A stretch of DNA of 64,000 nt. Origin: Planctomycetota bacterium (GTDB lineage: Bacteria > Planctomycetota > PLA2 > JAEUHO01). This document shows, in pieces, positions 51,702-61,391 of this stretch. The stretch is from assembly GCA_050248855.1 (NCBI GenBank), contig JBFWRP010000001.1, forward strand, positions 160,001 through 224,000, given 5' to 3'. The notes under the pieces were generated by a model that did no database searches, was not told the DNA's origin, and worked only from the letters and a program-made list of their open reading frames with translations. The position numbers and the translations under genes are program-made. The number at the start of each line of letters is the position of its first letter. The first letter of the stretch is position 1.

Positions 51702-52690
51702 CGGCCCGCCCTTCCGGCCCCCGCCAGCAGCCAGAGCCCGCCGAAGCAGGCCAGGACCAGGAGCAACCGCCACGCCTCGCCCGGCTCGTCCTGGGCGTCG
51801 GCCCGTTCGACGCGCCGTGCGCGCACGTCCAGCTCGTCACGGCGCAGGTCCAGCAAGACGCCTTCGGGCGTGCCGGCGTCGATCGCGCGTGCCGTGCCGC
51901 CCGTGGCCCCGGCCAGGGCCTCAAGGGCCGCGAAGCTGGCGCGCGACAGCACGTCGCGACCCGCGGCGTCCTTCACGAACCCGCCGGCCCCGTCGGGGAT
52001 CCGTGCCCCCTGGGCACTGCCGAGGGCGAACGCGTGCACGCGCACGCCGCCCGCCGCCAGCTCGCGCGCCGCGTCCAGCGCGTGGTCGCCGAGGTCCTCG
52101 CCGTCGGTCAGGAGCACCAGCGCGGCCTCGGCGTGTGCGCGCGTGGCCAGGGCCGCCGCCGCGGCCCGCAACACGGTGGCGATGCGCGTCCCGCCCACGG
52201 GGACCGACGTGGGGTCGGCTTCCAGGGCCCGCCGCGCCAGCGTGTCGCCGTCGCGCGTCAGGGGCACGAGCAGGCGCGCCTCGCCGGCGAACGCCAGCAA
52301 CGCGGCACGGTGGCTTCCGAGCTCGGCGCCGAGCGCCGCGATCTCCGCCTGCGCTCGTCCCAGCCGATCCGGCGCCACGTCCTGGGCCCGCATGCTCCGC
52401 GACACGTCCAGCGCCACGACGAGGTCCAAGCCGACGGTCGTGGTGGCGGTCTCATCGCCCGCCCGCGGACCGGCGCCCGCCAGCAGGGCCGCGCTCGTGG
52501 CCAGCGCGGCCACGGTCGCCACGCGGCGCGCGCGCGCACGAGGCAGCACGCCGCCTCGGCGCACCCCGAACAGCTCGCCGCGTCGACGCGCCTCACGACG
52601 CCGCGCGACGAACACGACGCCGGCGACGACCGGCGCGAGCGCCAGCCAGGGCAGCCAGTGCGGCCGTACGACGAGGTCCAGCACGTTCAC
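51698..52690 (-). CDS. BatB-like VWA membrane protein
   Basis: LDVSRSMRAQDVAPDRL, FAGEA...PLTRD, GGTRI, LLTDGED. Confidence 0.85.
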   Translation of the reverse strand: MNVLDLVVRPHWLPWLALAPVVAGVVFVARRREARRRGELFGVRRGGVLPRARARRVATVAALATSAALLAGAGPRAGDETATTTVGLDLVVALDVSRSMRAQDVAPDRLGRAQAEIAALGAELGSHRAALLAFAGEARLLVPLTRDGDTLARRALEADPTSVPVGGTRIATVLRAAAAALATRAHAEAALVLLTDGEDLGDHALDAARELAAGGVRVHAFALGSAQGARIPDGAGGFVKDAAGRDVLSRASFAALEALAGATGGTARAIDAGTPEGVLLDLRRDELDVRARRVERADAQDEPGEAWRLLLVLACFGGLWLLAGAGRAGR

Positions 52691-53676
52691 GGTCGCACCG
52701 CCAGGACGCTGCTGCCCAGCAGGGCGGCAAGCAGGAACAGGACCAGGGCCACGCCGATGACGACCGCGTGCAGGGGACGCCAGCGCTCGCGACGCTCGAT
52801 GCGGTCCGACCGCGTCAGGTCGTCGATGCGTTGCCAAGCCGCTTCCACGGCCTCGGCATCTTCCGCGGCGTGCACCTCGCCGCCGGTGGCACGCACGGCG
52901 TCGAACCAGGCGGCCGAGCGCGCCGCGGCCTCGGCGGAGGGGGTCGCGCCCACCGTCACCACGTGCACCACCACACCCTGGGCCCGCGCCCACTGCGTGG
53001 CGTGCAACGGGTCGATCTCCCCCGGCCGGCCCGTACGCGCGACGTTCTCCTCGCCGTCGGTCAGCAAGACGGCCACGCGCCGCTCGCCCGGGACGGTCGG
53101 CGACAAGACGTCCACGAGACGCGCCAGCGCCGTGCCGATCCCCGTGGCGTCCTCGGGGCCATCGGCCGCGACGGGCTGGATGGCGTCGAGCCACGAGAGC
53201 AAGGCGTCGTGATCGGTCGTCGGCGGCGCCAACAGGTCCGGGTAGCGGGCGAACACGAGCAGCCCGATGCGATCGCGCGGTCGTGCCGCCACGAAGGCAC
53301 GGGCCGCGTCCCGCGCCACGTCGAGCCGCATGCGCTCGCGGTCGAGGTCGCGCGCGCGCATCGACGAGGAGACGTCCAAGGCCAGGCCCAGGTCCGCCGC
53401 GGGCATCGGCTCCGCGTCCGCGTACGAAACGCGTGGGCCCGCCAGCGCGAAGACGCCCAAGGCCAAGGCGACGGTGCCGAGCACGGCGGGCAGTGCCACG
53501 ACGTGGGAACGGGTCGATCGCGGCAGCGGCCCCGCCGCCTCGATGGCGTGCAGCGGGGCCAGGCTTCGTGCACGAACACGCGCCCGACGACGCTGCCACG
53601 CCGCCATGGCCACGGCCAGCCAGCCGAGCAGCCAGAGCGGCTGTTCCAGCACCACCTGGGCCACGACGACGCTCAC
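52687..53676 (-). CDS. BatA-like VWA membrane protein
   Basis: ALAGPR, LDVSSSMRARDL, DRIGLLVFA, PPTTDH, TGIGTAL, LLTDGEEN. Confidence 0.85.
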   Translation of the reverse strand: MSVVVAQVVLEQPLWLLGWLAVAMAAWQRRRARVRARSLAPLHAIEAAGPLPRSTRSHVVALPAVLGTVALALGVFALAGPRVSYADAEPMPAADLGLALDVSSSMRARDLDRERMRLDVARDAARAFVAARPRDRIGLLVFARYPDLLAPPTTDHDALLSWLDAIQPVAADGPEDATGIGTALARLVDVLSPTVPGERRVAVLLTDGEENVARTGRPGEIDPLHATQWARAQGVVVHVVTVGATPSAEAAARSAAWFDAVRATGGEVHAAEDAEAVEAAWQRIDDLTRSDRIERRERWRPLHAVVIGVALVLFLLAALLGSSVLAVRP

Positions 53677-54605
53677 GGCGCCTCCGGGTGCAGCAAGCCG
53701 ACGAGGTGGGCGGTGGTCGCGAGCGCCACCTCCGTCGACGTGGGGCCCGGCCGATGCGCCCCGTACTTCACGCGATCGGCGAGACCCACGAGGGCGCCGG
53801 CCCGGGCCATCGTGTCCGAAGCCGCGCGGTCGCCGAGGGCCTCTTCGAGCCCACGCAGCAAGCGGTTCGTCGCCAGCGTGCGGGCGTCCACGCCGCGTGC
53901 CGCGCCGAGGGCCGCACGAAACACGTCGGAGGCCGCGACGACCTGCGACGCACGCGTGGACGCATCGGACGGGTGGGCGGGGCCGAGTGCGGCGAGGTGG
54001 GCGGACCACGTGGGTGCCGAGGGGCTCGGGTCCGGTCCAGTGGGCAGCGCATCGTCGATCACCGAGCGTCGGCGACGGAGCATGAGGGCCACGACCAGCA
54101 GCGCAAGCAGGGCGCCGAGGCCTGCCGGCAGCGCCCACGGTAGGCGTCGTGCGGGCTCGGCGAGCGGAGCGGGCGGCCCTTCCACGTCGAGGTCGCGCGG
54201 ATCCACGCGCGTGGCCACGCGCACGTCGAGCACGTCCCCACGCACCGCACGCAGCACCCCGCCACCCGGTTGCGCGACGCGTAGCGTTGCGGCCGGCACG
54301 CGCAGGTCGTCCAGCGCCAGCGCCTGGGCCTCGAAGCGTCGTGTCTCGCGGATGCGTCCGTGGGCCTCCTCCCGCGAGACGTTGACGACACGCGCGACGA
54401 GCGGCGTCAGGTCGGACGCCTCGAACGAGGACGGCCCCGTGCCCTCGGGCCACGTCCGCTCGACCACGACCTCGAACGGCACGCCGGGCGCAACCACGTC
54501 GGGGTCCAGCGTCAGACGGAGGTCCATGTCGGGCCCGCCAAGCGGCCGCTCGCCGCACGCCGCCATGACGCACGCGGCCACCGTCAGCAGCAGCACCCTT
54601 CTCAT
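53673..54605 (-). CDS. Bat-cluster membrane-anchored hypothetical protein
   Basis: MAAC lipobox, Ig-like domain, TM, ADRVKYG motif; lies between DUF58 and batA. Confidence 0.7.
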   Translation of the reverse strand: MRRVLLLTVAACVMAACGERPLGGPDMDLRLTLDPDVVAPGVPFEVVVERTWPEGTGPSSFEASDLTPLVARVVNVSREEAHGRIRETRRFEAQALALDDLRVPAATLRVAQPGGGVLRAVRGDVLDVRVATRVDPRDLDVEGPPAPLAEPARRLPWALPAGLGALLALLVVALMLRRRRSVIDDALPTGPDPSPSAPTWSAHLAALGPAHPSDASTRASQVVAASDVFRAALGAARGVDARTLATNRLLRGLEEALGDRAASDTMARAGALVGLADRVKYGAHRPGPTSTEVALATTAHLVGLLHPEAP

Positions 54606-55522
54606 CGCTTCAGGCCTCGAAGCTCGCGCATGCGGAAGAAGGCCAGCAGCGACTGGGCAACGTGGTCGCGCTGCTGCAGGCGGGGCACGAGGAGATCGAG
54701 GCGATCCACCCCGGCGCGCGCCAGCGCCTCGGTCGTGCGCGCGTCCCACGCGCGGCGTCGCTCGTCCCACGCGCGGCGCGTAGGCGCATGCGAGGTATCG
54801 ACGAGTCGCTCGCGGCCTCCCTCCGGATCGCGCACGCGGAGGAGGCCCGCCCGCGGCAGGTCCGTCTCGGGGACGATCACGCGGACTGCGATCACGTCGT
54901 GGCGGCGTGCCGCCAGCGACATCGCCGCCGCCCAGTCCTCGTCCTGGAAGTCGGAGATCACGAACACGACGGCGTGACGCCGCACGACCCGACGAACGCG
55001 ATCCAGCGCCTCGGCCAGTCCGCCGCGACCGGCCTCTCCCCGGAGCACGAGACCGTCGCGCACGATGCGCATGGCGTGGCCCGGCCCCCGGCGCGGCGGC
55101 ACGAACGCGTCGACGCCGCGGCTGAAGGCGACGAGACCGACGCGATCGCCCGCCCGCACCGCGTTCATGGCGAGGCAGGCCACGACGCGCGCCGCGCTGT
55201 CCCGCGCACGGTAGGCCCCCCATCCGCCGCCCATGGACGGCGAGACGTCCAGCACGAAGACCACCGCGAGGTCGCGCTCGTCCGTCATGGTCTTGACGAA
55301 GGGACGCCCCATGCGCGCCGTGACGTTCCAGTCGACCAGCCGGGGATCGTCGCCCGGGTCGTACTCGCGCACCGTGTCCGGCTCGATGCCCGCACCGCGG
55401 AACACGGAGCGATACCCACCGGCCAGCGCGCCCGAGGCCAGGCGGCGGGCCTGCACCTCGATGCGACGGACCTCGGCCAGGAGCTCGGCGAGTTCGGCGT
55501 CGGAGTCCGTGACGTCGGGCAT
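54602..55522 (-). CDS. DUF58 protein
   Basis: YRSVFRGAG, VREYDPGDD..VDWNVTAR, LDVSPSM, ISDF. Confidence 0.92.
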   Translation of the reverse strand: MPDVTDSDAELAELLAEVRRIEVQARRLASGALAGGYRSVFRGAGIEPDTVREYDPGDDPRLVDWNVTARMGRPFVKTMTDERDLAVVFVLDVSPSMGGGWGAYRARDSAARVVACLAMNAVRAGDRVGLVAFSRGVDAFVPPRRGPGHAMRIVRDGLVLRGEAGRGGLAEALDRVRRVVRRHAVVFVISDFQDEDWAAAMSLAARRHDVIAVRVIVPETDLPRAGLLRVRDPEGGRERLVDTSHAPTRRAWDERRRAWDARTTEALARAGVDRLDLLVPRLQQRDHVAQSLLAFFRMRELRGLKR

Positions 55523-55554
55523 CGGGATCGGCGCCCCGCGGGGGCCTCGCTCCT

Positions 55555-56550
55555 TCAGGGAATCGGCACGTGGTCGAACAGGCGCGTCACGACATCCTCG
55601 CCCGTGACGCCCTCCGCCTCGGCCTCGTACGTGGTGAGCACGCGATGGCGCAGCACCTCCAGCCCGACGGCCTTCACGTCCTGGGGCGAGACGTAGGTCC
55701 GACCATCGAGGAAGGCCCGCGCCCGCGCTGCGCGCACGAGCGCGATGCCGGCGCGCGGCGAGGCGCCGTAGAGGATCAGGGGCTTGAGCTCGGCCAGGCC
55801 CGCGGCGGAGGGATCACGGCTGGCGACGAGCAGGTCCGTGACGTACGTCAGCAAGCGGTCGTCGACGTAGACGTCGTCCAGCACGGCACGGGCCGCCAGG
55901 ACGTCGGCGGGCGTGGCGACGGGCGAGGCCTTGGGCGTGCGCGTCACGTCCATCATGCGCCGCAGCACCTGGTGCTCGTCCTCGCGGCTCGGGTAGGTGA
56001 CCACGACCTTCAGCAGGAAGCGGTCGATCTGCGCCTCGGGCAGCGGGTAGGTGCCCTCCAGCTCCACGGGGTTCTGCGTGGCCAGGACGAGGAACGGTGA
56101 CGGCAGCTGATGCGTCTCGCCGGCCAGCGTGACCGTGCGCTCCTGCATGGCCTCGAGCAGGGCCGACTGCACCTTGGCCGGGGCACGGTTGATCTCGTCG
56201 GCCAGCACGATTTGCGCGAACACGGGCCCCTCGCGCACGGCCCACGTGCCGCTCGCCGGTTGGAAGACCTGGGTGCCGAGCAGGTCGCTGGGCAGCAGAT
56301 CGGGCGTGAACTGGATGCGGCGATGCGAGCAGCCCAGCGCCGACGCCAAGGTCGACACGGTCAACGACTTCGCCAACCCCGGCAGACCCTCGAGCAGCAC
56401 GTGGCCGTCGGCCAAGAGGCCCAGGAGCAACGACTCCACGAGGTCGCGCTGGCCTACGACGACACGCTCCACCTCGTCGACGACGCGACCGAGGAAGGCC
56501 CCGGCTTCGGCGACGCGGCCCTCGAGGGCCTCCATGTCCACCGACGTCAC
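55555..56550 (-). CDS. moxR: MoxR-family AAA+ ATPase
   Basis: GHVLLEGLPGLAKS, RIQFTPDLLPSD, LADEINRAPAKVQSALLEAMQE, ATQNPVELEGTYPLPEAQIDRF, GASPRA. Confidence 0.95.
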   Translation of the reverse strand: MTSVDMEALEGRVAEAGAFLGRVVDEVERVVVGQRDLVESLLLGLLADGHVLLEGLPGLAKSLTVSTLASALGCSHRRIQFTPDLLPSDLLGTQVFQPASGTWAVREGPVFAQIVLADEINRAPAKVQSALLEAMQERTVTLAGETHQLPSPFLVLATQNPVELEGTYPLPEAQIDRFLLKVVVTYPSREDEHQVLRRMMDVTRTPKASPVATPADVLAARAVLDDVYVDDRLLTYVTDLLVASRDPSAAGLAELKPLILYGASPRAGIALVRAARARAFLDGRTYVSPQDVKAVGLEVLRHRVLTTYEAEAEGVTGEDVVTRLFDHVPIP

Positions 56551-58853
56551 GGACGGTCGAACCGCAGGAGCTCGGGGTCGATCGTGTCGAGTGCCTTGTC
56601 CAGGCGCTTGACGTCCTCGGCCCGGGACGCCGCGTCCAGCCGCGCACGCAGCATCTGGGCCGTCTCGCCCGGTGTGATGCCCATCCCGTCGCGCGTGCCG
56701 GCCGTGTCCGGCCCGCGAGCGAACGAGGCCAGGATCGCCTCGAGCGCCGCGCTGTCGTCGTCGGCCTGCAGGGCCACGCGGGCCTTGGCAGCCAGCGCCA
56801 GGGCGACACGGTCGTCCACGTCGTCCTGCGTCTCGGGCCAGCGTGCGGCCGTGGCCTCGAAGTGCACGATGGCCCGGTCGTAGGCCTTGATCGCCTCGGA
56901 GAACCAGCTCCCGCGGCGCCACTGCTCGGCGGCCTCGACCTCGGCGAGACCGGCGAACCAGTGCATCGCGTCGGCGTCCGCTTCGCGCGCCATCAGGTCG
57001 CGGGCCAGCTTCTCCAGGCCATCGGCGCCGCCCCGCGTCTTGGCGATGGTGCGCCAACGCTCGTGCAGCAGGGCCGAGGTCGGAAAGCGCTCGAGGCCCG
57101 CTTGGAGTGCGGCCTGGACGTGCCGATCTGCGCCCAGCCACGTCAGCAGGTCGACGTGCCACGCCAGCTGCGTGTCGGTCCCCAGGGGATGCGCACGCAG
57201 GATGCCGTACGCGGCGTTCAGATCCGCGATCCACACCGGCGGGAAGCGCTCCTTCGCCATCACGGCGGCCTTGATCTGCTTGTAGCGGCCCTCGGCGAAC
57301 ACCTGGGCGATGGCCATGGACAGGTAGGTCGTGTCGCCGACCGGGATCTCGGCCATGGCGCGGGTCGCGCGCTCGTAGGCGGTCTCCTTCTCGGCGAGGT
57401 GGTAGGCGGCGAGCGCGATCACGGCGTCGGTCCGCCAGCCCTTGGCGCCGAGGCCCTCGGCCTCGCGGCCCGTGGAGAGGGCTTCTTCGAACAGCGACTT
57501 CGCCCAGCGCTCCGCCTCGCGCTCGGTCCGCGTGCGGACGTAGGGCGACTCCAGGGCCTGCTGCAACAGCGACGCGGCCAGCTCGATGCGGACGCCCGGG
57601 TCCTCGGGGTTCTCCCGAACGGCCTTGGCCTTGCGCTCGGCGTGGGCCACGAGGCTTGCGTCCTCCAGCACGATCGTCGGCGCGGGGTAGCTGGCGCCGC
57701 CCAGGGCGTCGGCCCAGGCATCGGCGTCGACCGCGTCGCTCTTGACGTCGAGACCGCGATGCACGACGGCCAGCCAGCGGGCCAGGGTGCTCGACGACGC
57801 GAGCCGATCCAACGCGGCGACGAGCTGCTCGCGATCCGCTGCCTCGAGCGGCGCCTTCAGCGCCTCCGCCAGGGCATCGACGGCCGCCGGCGCCTCCATG
57901 GCGGCCAGCGCCGCACGCGCCAAGCGGGCTTGCTCCGGGTCGAGGCTGGCCAGGCCCTCGCGCACGAGGCCCAGCTGCGCCGCGTCGGCGTGCTTCCTGG
58001 CGGCCTCGAGCAGCGCCTTGCGCGTGTCGGCGTCGCCCTGGCGGAAGGCGGCTTCGACGGCGTTGCGGTCCTCGGCGGCGCGACTGGCCACGCGTTCCAG
58101 GACGGGTCGGTCGCCGCGGATGATCACGGGCTTCTCGACGTCCTCGTCCGGCACGCGCTCGCGGATCGCGGCGAACACCGAGGCGGTGTCATTGGCGTAG
58201 TAGGCGTCGTAGACCTCGTTGCCCTCGAGGTCCACCGCGATGTGGCGCGGCGCGATGCGCCGCCCGTCGCAGAAGCGCTCGAAGAGATAGGGCTCGATCG
58301 CGATGTGCTCCCCGCACGTCACGCTGCCAAAGCGCGGGCAGAGGATGCGCCGGCCCTGCTCGTCGAAGTCCTTCGGGTTGTGGCGGTACACGGAGGCGAT
58401 GACGCACACGTACTTCTCGTACAGCGCCGCGATCTCCGGCTGGCGGTAGCGGATGCCGGCGTAGTGCTCGCTGGCGATCTCGCCGTCCATGTTGATGCAG
58501 ACGAGGATGGGCTTCTTCGTCTCCTGGCTGACGGCGACCGCGTCCTCCCACGTGCGCTCGAACGGGATGAGGACGGGCTTGGCCCAGTCCTCGGCCGTGG
58601 GTGCGGGCCACATCATCTCGCGGGCGCTGCCTCGCGGAGGCGTGCGCGGTCCGCCCACGTCGTTCGGAGCCGTGGAGCCGCGCGGGTCGGCCCGCTGCGG
58701 GTCCGTCTCGGGGGCAGGTGCGGGCGCCGGCGTCGGCGGGTCCTCCTCGGCGGCCACCTGCGTGGCGAGAAGGGCCGTGGTGAAGGCGAAAGCCCAGGCC
58801 GAGCGCACCAACCAGGGACGGGCGCGCCCGCGGAGCGACGTGGAGACGGTCAT
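56547..58853 (-). CDS. Secreted protein: thioredoxin-like N-domain with Cys/His motif + HEAT/TPR
   Basis: Signal peptide; FERTWEDAVAVSQETKKPILVCINMDGE, CPRFGSVTCGEH; helical repeats; GTGA coupling to moxR. Confidence 0.7.
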   Translation of the reverse strand: MTVSTSLRGRARPWLVRSAWAFAFTTALLATQVAAEEDPPTPAPAPAPETDPQRADPRGSTAPNDVGGPRTPPRGSAREMMWPAPTAEDWAKPVLIPFERTWEDAVAVSQETKKPILVCINMDGEIASEHYAGIRYRQPEIAALYEKYVCVIASVYRHNPKDFDEQGRRILCPRFGSVTCGEHIAIEPYLFERFCDGRRIAPRHIAVDLEGNEVYDAYYANDTASVFAAIRERVPDEDVEKPVIIRGDRPVLERVASRAAEDRNAVEAAFRQGDADTRKALLEAARKHADAAQLGLVREGLASLDPEQARLARAALAAMEAPAAVDALAEALKAPLEAADREQLVAALDRLASSSTLARWLAVVHRGLDVKSDAVDADAWADALGGASYPAPTIVLEDASLVAHAERKAKAVRENPEDPGVRIELAASLLQQALESPYVRTRTEREAERWAKSLFEEALSTGREAEGLGAKGWRTDAVIALAAYHLAEKETAYERATRAMAEIPVGDTTYLSMAIAQVFAEGRYKQIKAAVMAKERFPPVWIADLNAAYGILRAHPLGTDTQLAWHVDLLTWLGADRHVQAALQAGLERFPTSALLHERWRTIAKTRGGADGLEKLARDLMAREADADAMHWFAGLAEVEAAEQWRRGSWFSEAIKAYDRAIVHFEATAARWPETQDDVDDRVALALAAKARVALQADDDSAALEAILASFARGPDTAGTRDGMGITPGETAQMLRARLDAASRAEDVKRLDKALDTIDPELLRFDRP

Positions 58854-58856
58854 GGT

Positions 58857-58897
58857 CGTCACCTCCGCCCCCAATGGTACGGAGGCGGAGGGTGACG
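58857..58897 (-). promoter_or_regulatory. Hairpin occluding the Shine-Dalgarno sequence of the first gene of the MoxR operon
   Basis: mRNA CGUCACCCUCCGCCUCC-GUACCAUU-GGGGGCGGAGGUGACG-ACC-AUG forms a ~16-bp stem that covers GGAGGUG. Confidence 0.5.
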
Positions 58898-59008
58898 TGC
58901 GATGCGGGCGCGAGACCTCCGACGAGGGTGTTCCCGTCCGGTAGCCGCATGTCCCCGGGGCGACTCGCGTGGGTGATGAAGGCGAAACGGGAAGCTCGCC
59001 TGGACCTG

Positions 59009-60067
59009 TCAGCGAGGCGGGACGGCCGGTTCGTCGTCGGGCACGATCTCCTCGTCCACGAGCTCTTCGGGCTCCTCCGCCTGGTCGAACAGCGCGGCGT
59101 CGTGCAGGCCAAGGCCCCCAAGGTCCGAGCCCACGGGCGTCGAGCGGAGGCCGGCCACGCGCAGCGGCGCCAAGCCCGGCTCGAGCTCACTCTGCAGGTA
59201 CTCGCCGTTGTCGACCCGGATGTGCGGCACGAGGGGTCGGGCGCGCTGTTCGAGGGGAACGGGCCGGGACCCGAGCTGGGCCAGCTCGGCATCTTGATCG
59301 AGCCAAGCAGGGCCATGGCCTTCCAGGTAGACGCCCGCCACGCCCGCGCGAAGCGTGGCATCGATCGCGCGCAGCACGACGCCCGTCGTCAGGCCGAACG
59401 CCCGGGGAGGCGGCGTGACGAGCGTGACGACGGTGGATGCCACGCCGTCGCCCGCTTCGCCACGGAGCGCGTGATACAGCGCATCGATCGAGCTCGCCTG
59501 CCCCTCGTCGCGACCAAGGAGCGTGACCTTTCGGCGTGTTACCGACCGTGCCGCCTCGGGCTTGGGCGACAACCCACGATCCCTGGGCAAGAACACGGCC
59601 AAGGCTCCGCAGCCTGCGTCGGGCACCTCGACCGCGAACCACGTGCGCCAGATCCGGACGCGTGGGTCGGCAGCGGTCTGGAGGAGGTACGTGACGAAGG
59701 GCCAGGGAACGGACCGATCGACGTGCAGGACGAGATCCAGCGAGCTGGCCTCTCCGTCGCGCGACGGCCGGGCAGCCTCCGCCAAGGACGAGCGCAACGC
59801 GAGCAGCCCCCGCGGCGTGTCGTCGTTGCCGAGGCGGATCACGAGATCCGCATCCATCCACACGTCCAGCCTCTTCGCGGGCATGGCGCCCGCTTCCGTG
59901 ACGAGGGGCAGGGCGACCTCCCAGGGCGAGGTCTCCTCCTCGCCCGCCACGGCCTCCCGCGAGAGATCCCCGCCGGATCGTGTCGCCGCCACGACCGCCA
60001 GCGCGGCGAGGGCACACACGGCCGCCACGCGGCCCGACATCGCCAGGTTCGGATACGTCCTGCGCAT
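59009..60067 (-). CDS. ExbD/TolR-like domain membrane protein
   Basis: N-terminal TM; LVLHVDRSVPWPFVTYLLQTAA resembles the ExbD periplasmic motif. Confidence 0.5.
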   Translation of the reverse strand: MRRTYPNLAMSGRVAAVCALAALAVVAATRSGGDLSREAVAGEEETSPWEVALPLVTEAGAMPAKRLDVWMDADLVIRLGNDDTPRGLLALRSSLAEAARPSRDGEASSLDLVLHVDRSVPWPFVTYLLQTAADPRVRIWRTWFAVEVPDAGCGALAVFLPRDRGLSPKPEAARSVTRRKVTLLGRDEGQASSIDALYHALRGEAGDGVASTVVTLVTPPPRAFGLTTGVVLRAIDATLRAGVAGVYLEGHGPAWLDQDAELAQLGSRPVPLEQRARPLVPHIRVDNGEYLQSELEPGLAPLRVAGLRSTPVGSDLGGLGLHDAALFDQAEEPEELVDEEIVPDDEPAVPPR

Positions 60068-60146
60068 GGCAGTCCTCCGCGCATCGGGTCGGACGCGCCG
60101 GGCATGATGCCATGCGGCCCGCGTGAATGCACGCAGGCGGGCTTCC

Positions 60147-61331
60147 TCAGCCCTTCCCGCCGACCCCCACCTCGTCGACGAAGGCCCAGACCTGGTCCAC
60201 GCAGGGGATGTGGCCCACGCCTTCGAGCATCGTGCGCCGCACGTTGGTGAAGCCGGCTTCCTTCAAGGCCTCCATGGCCTGGTCGGTCTGCTCCTCGATG
60301 CCGGGTGGCGTCTTGCCGTGCGTCAGGTCGCGGTGCGGGTCCAGGGCCCCCGTGAAGATCTGCACCGGGGGACCGCCGTCCTTGGGCTTCACGTCGCCGC
60401 CCGACATCGAGGGCAGGAAGTTGGGGCAGGCGGGCGCGGCTGCGGCCACGCGGTCCGGGTGGCGCAAGAGGAAGCCGTAGCAGAGGAGACCGCCGCCGGA
60501 GAAGCCGGTGATCGCGACGCGCTCCTGCGCACCGAAGTGCGCACGCAGGAAGTCGAGCATGGCGAGAAGCCCCGGCACGTCGAACCCGAGCCGGTTCCCG
60601 TCCCAACGATCGACGAGGGCCTTGTCGTACGCCGGGAACTTGGCGAGGTCGATCGCATTGGAGCAGGACAGCGCGTGCGGCGAGACGGTGATGAAGGGAC
60701 GACTGCCGCGTCCGTTGCGGAAGGCGTTGGCGTTGCCCAGGAAGCCGGCACCGGCGCCCTCCACGGAGACGAGGACGGGATAGGACCCGCCCGGCTTCCA
60801 CGAGGAGGGCAACGAGACGTAGGCGACGGCCTCGTGCTCCGCGGTCGAGAACAGCACGGGCTTCTTCTTGGCCTCGTCGGCGATCTTCTTGAGCCGCGAC
60901 GTGCTGGGGTCGAGCACGAGGGCCTGCACGAGCGCTTGGCTACGCCGGGGATCGTTCTCCTCCTTGGCCAGCACCTTGGCCAGTCGGTCGTAGGCCTTGG
61001 CGGCATCGGCACGACCATCGCGGATCCGCTCGAGCAGCTTGGCATCCGTGGTGGCCTCTCCATCCGGAAGCGCCTCGACACGCGCGGCGAGCGCCGCCAG
61101 CTCCTTGGCATCGTGCTCTTCTCGTCGCGCGCGGGCCAAGGCGTCGCGCGCCTCCGGTCCCGCGCCGTGCTCGGCCAGGTCCGAAGCGAGGTCGCGCCAT
61201 ACGGCGGCGATCTTCGCCTTCGCGGAGGCGACCGCCTTCTCCAAGCGTGCGTCCTCGGCACGAACGGTGGAGCTGGCAACAAGGAGGACGGTGCCGAGGA
61301 CCACACCCAGATGGCGACGCGGAATCAGCAT
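60147..61331 (-). CDS. Secreted alpha/beta hydrolase with helical N-domain
   Basis: Signal peptide; YVSLPSSW...YPVLVSVEG, TGFSGGG, TGALD, GVGH. Confidence 0.8.
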   Translation of the reverse strand: MLIPRRHLGVVLGTVLLVASSTVRAEDARLEKAVASAKAKIAAVWRDLASDLAEHGAGPEARDALARARREEHDAKELAALAARVEALPDGEATTDAKLLERIRDGRADAAKAYDRLAKVLAKEENDPRRSQALVQALVLDPSTSRLKKIADEAKKKPVLFSTAEHEAVAYVSLPSSWKPGGSYPVLVSVEGAGAGFLGNANAFRNGRGSRPFITVSPHALSCSNAIDLAKFPAYDKALVDRWDGNRLGFDVPGLLAMLDFLRAHFGAQERVAITGFSGGGLLCYGFLLRHPDRVAAAAPACPNFLPSMSGGDVKPKDGGPPVQIFTGALDPHRDLTHGKTPPGIEEQTDQAMEALKEAGFTNVRRTMLEGVGHIPCVDQVWAFVDEVGVGGKG

Positions 61332-61391
61332 GCGGCCCAGGGTACCGGCGGGCTCGCGCGCGAACACGGGACCACGTAGACTCCGCCCCCC

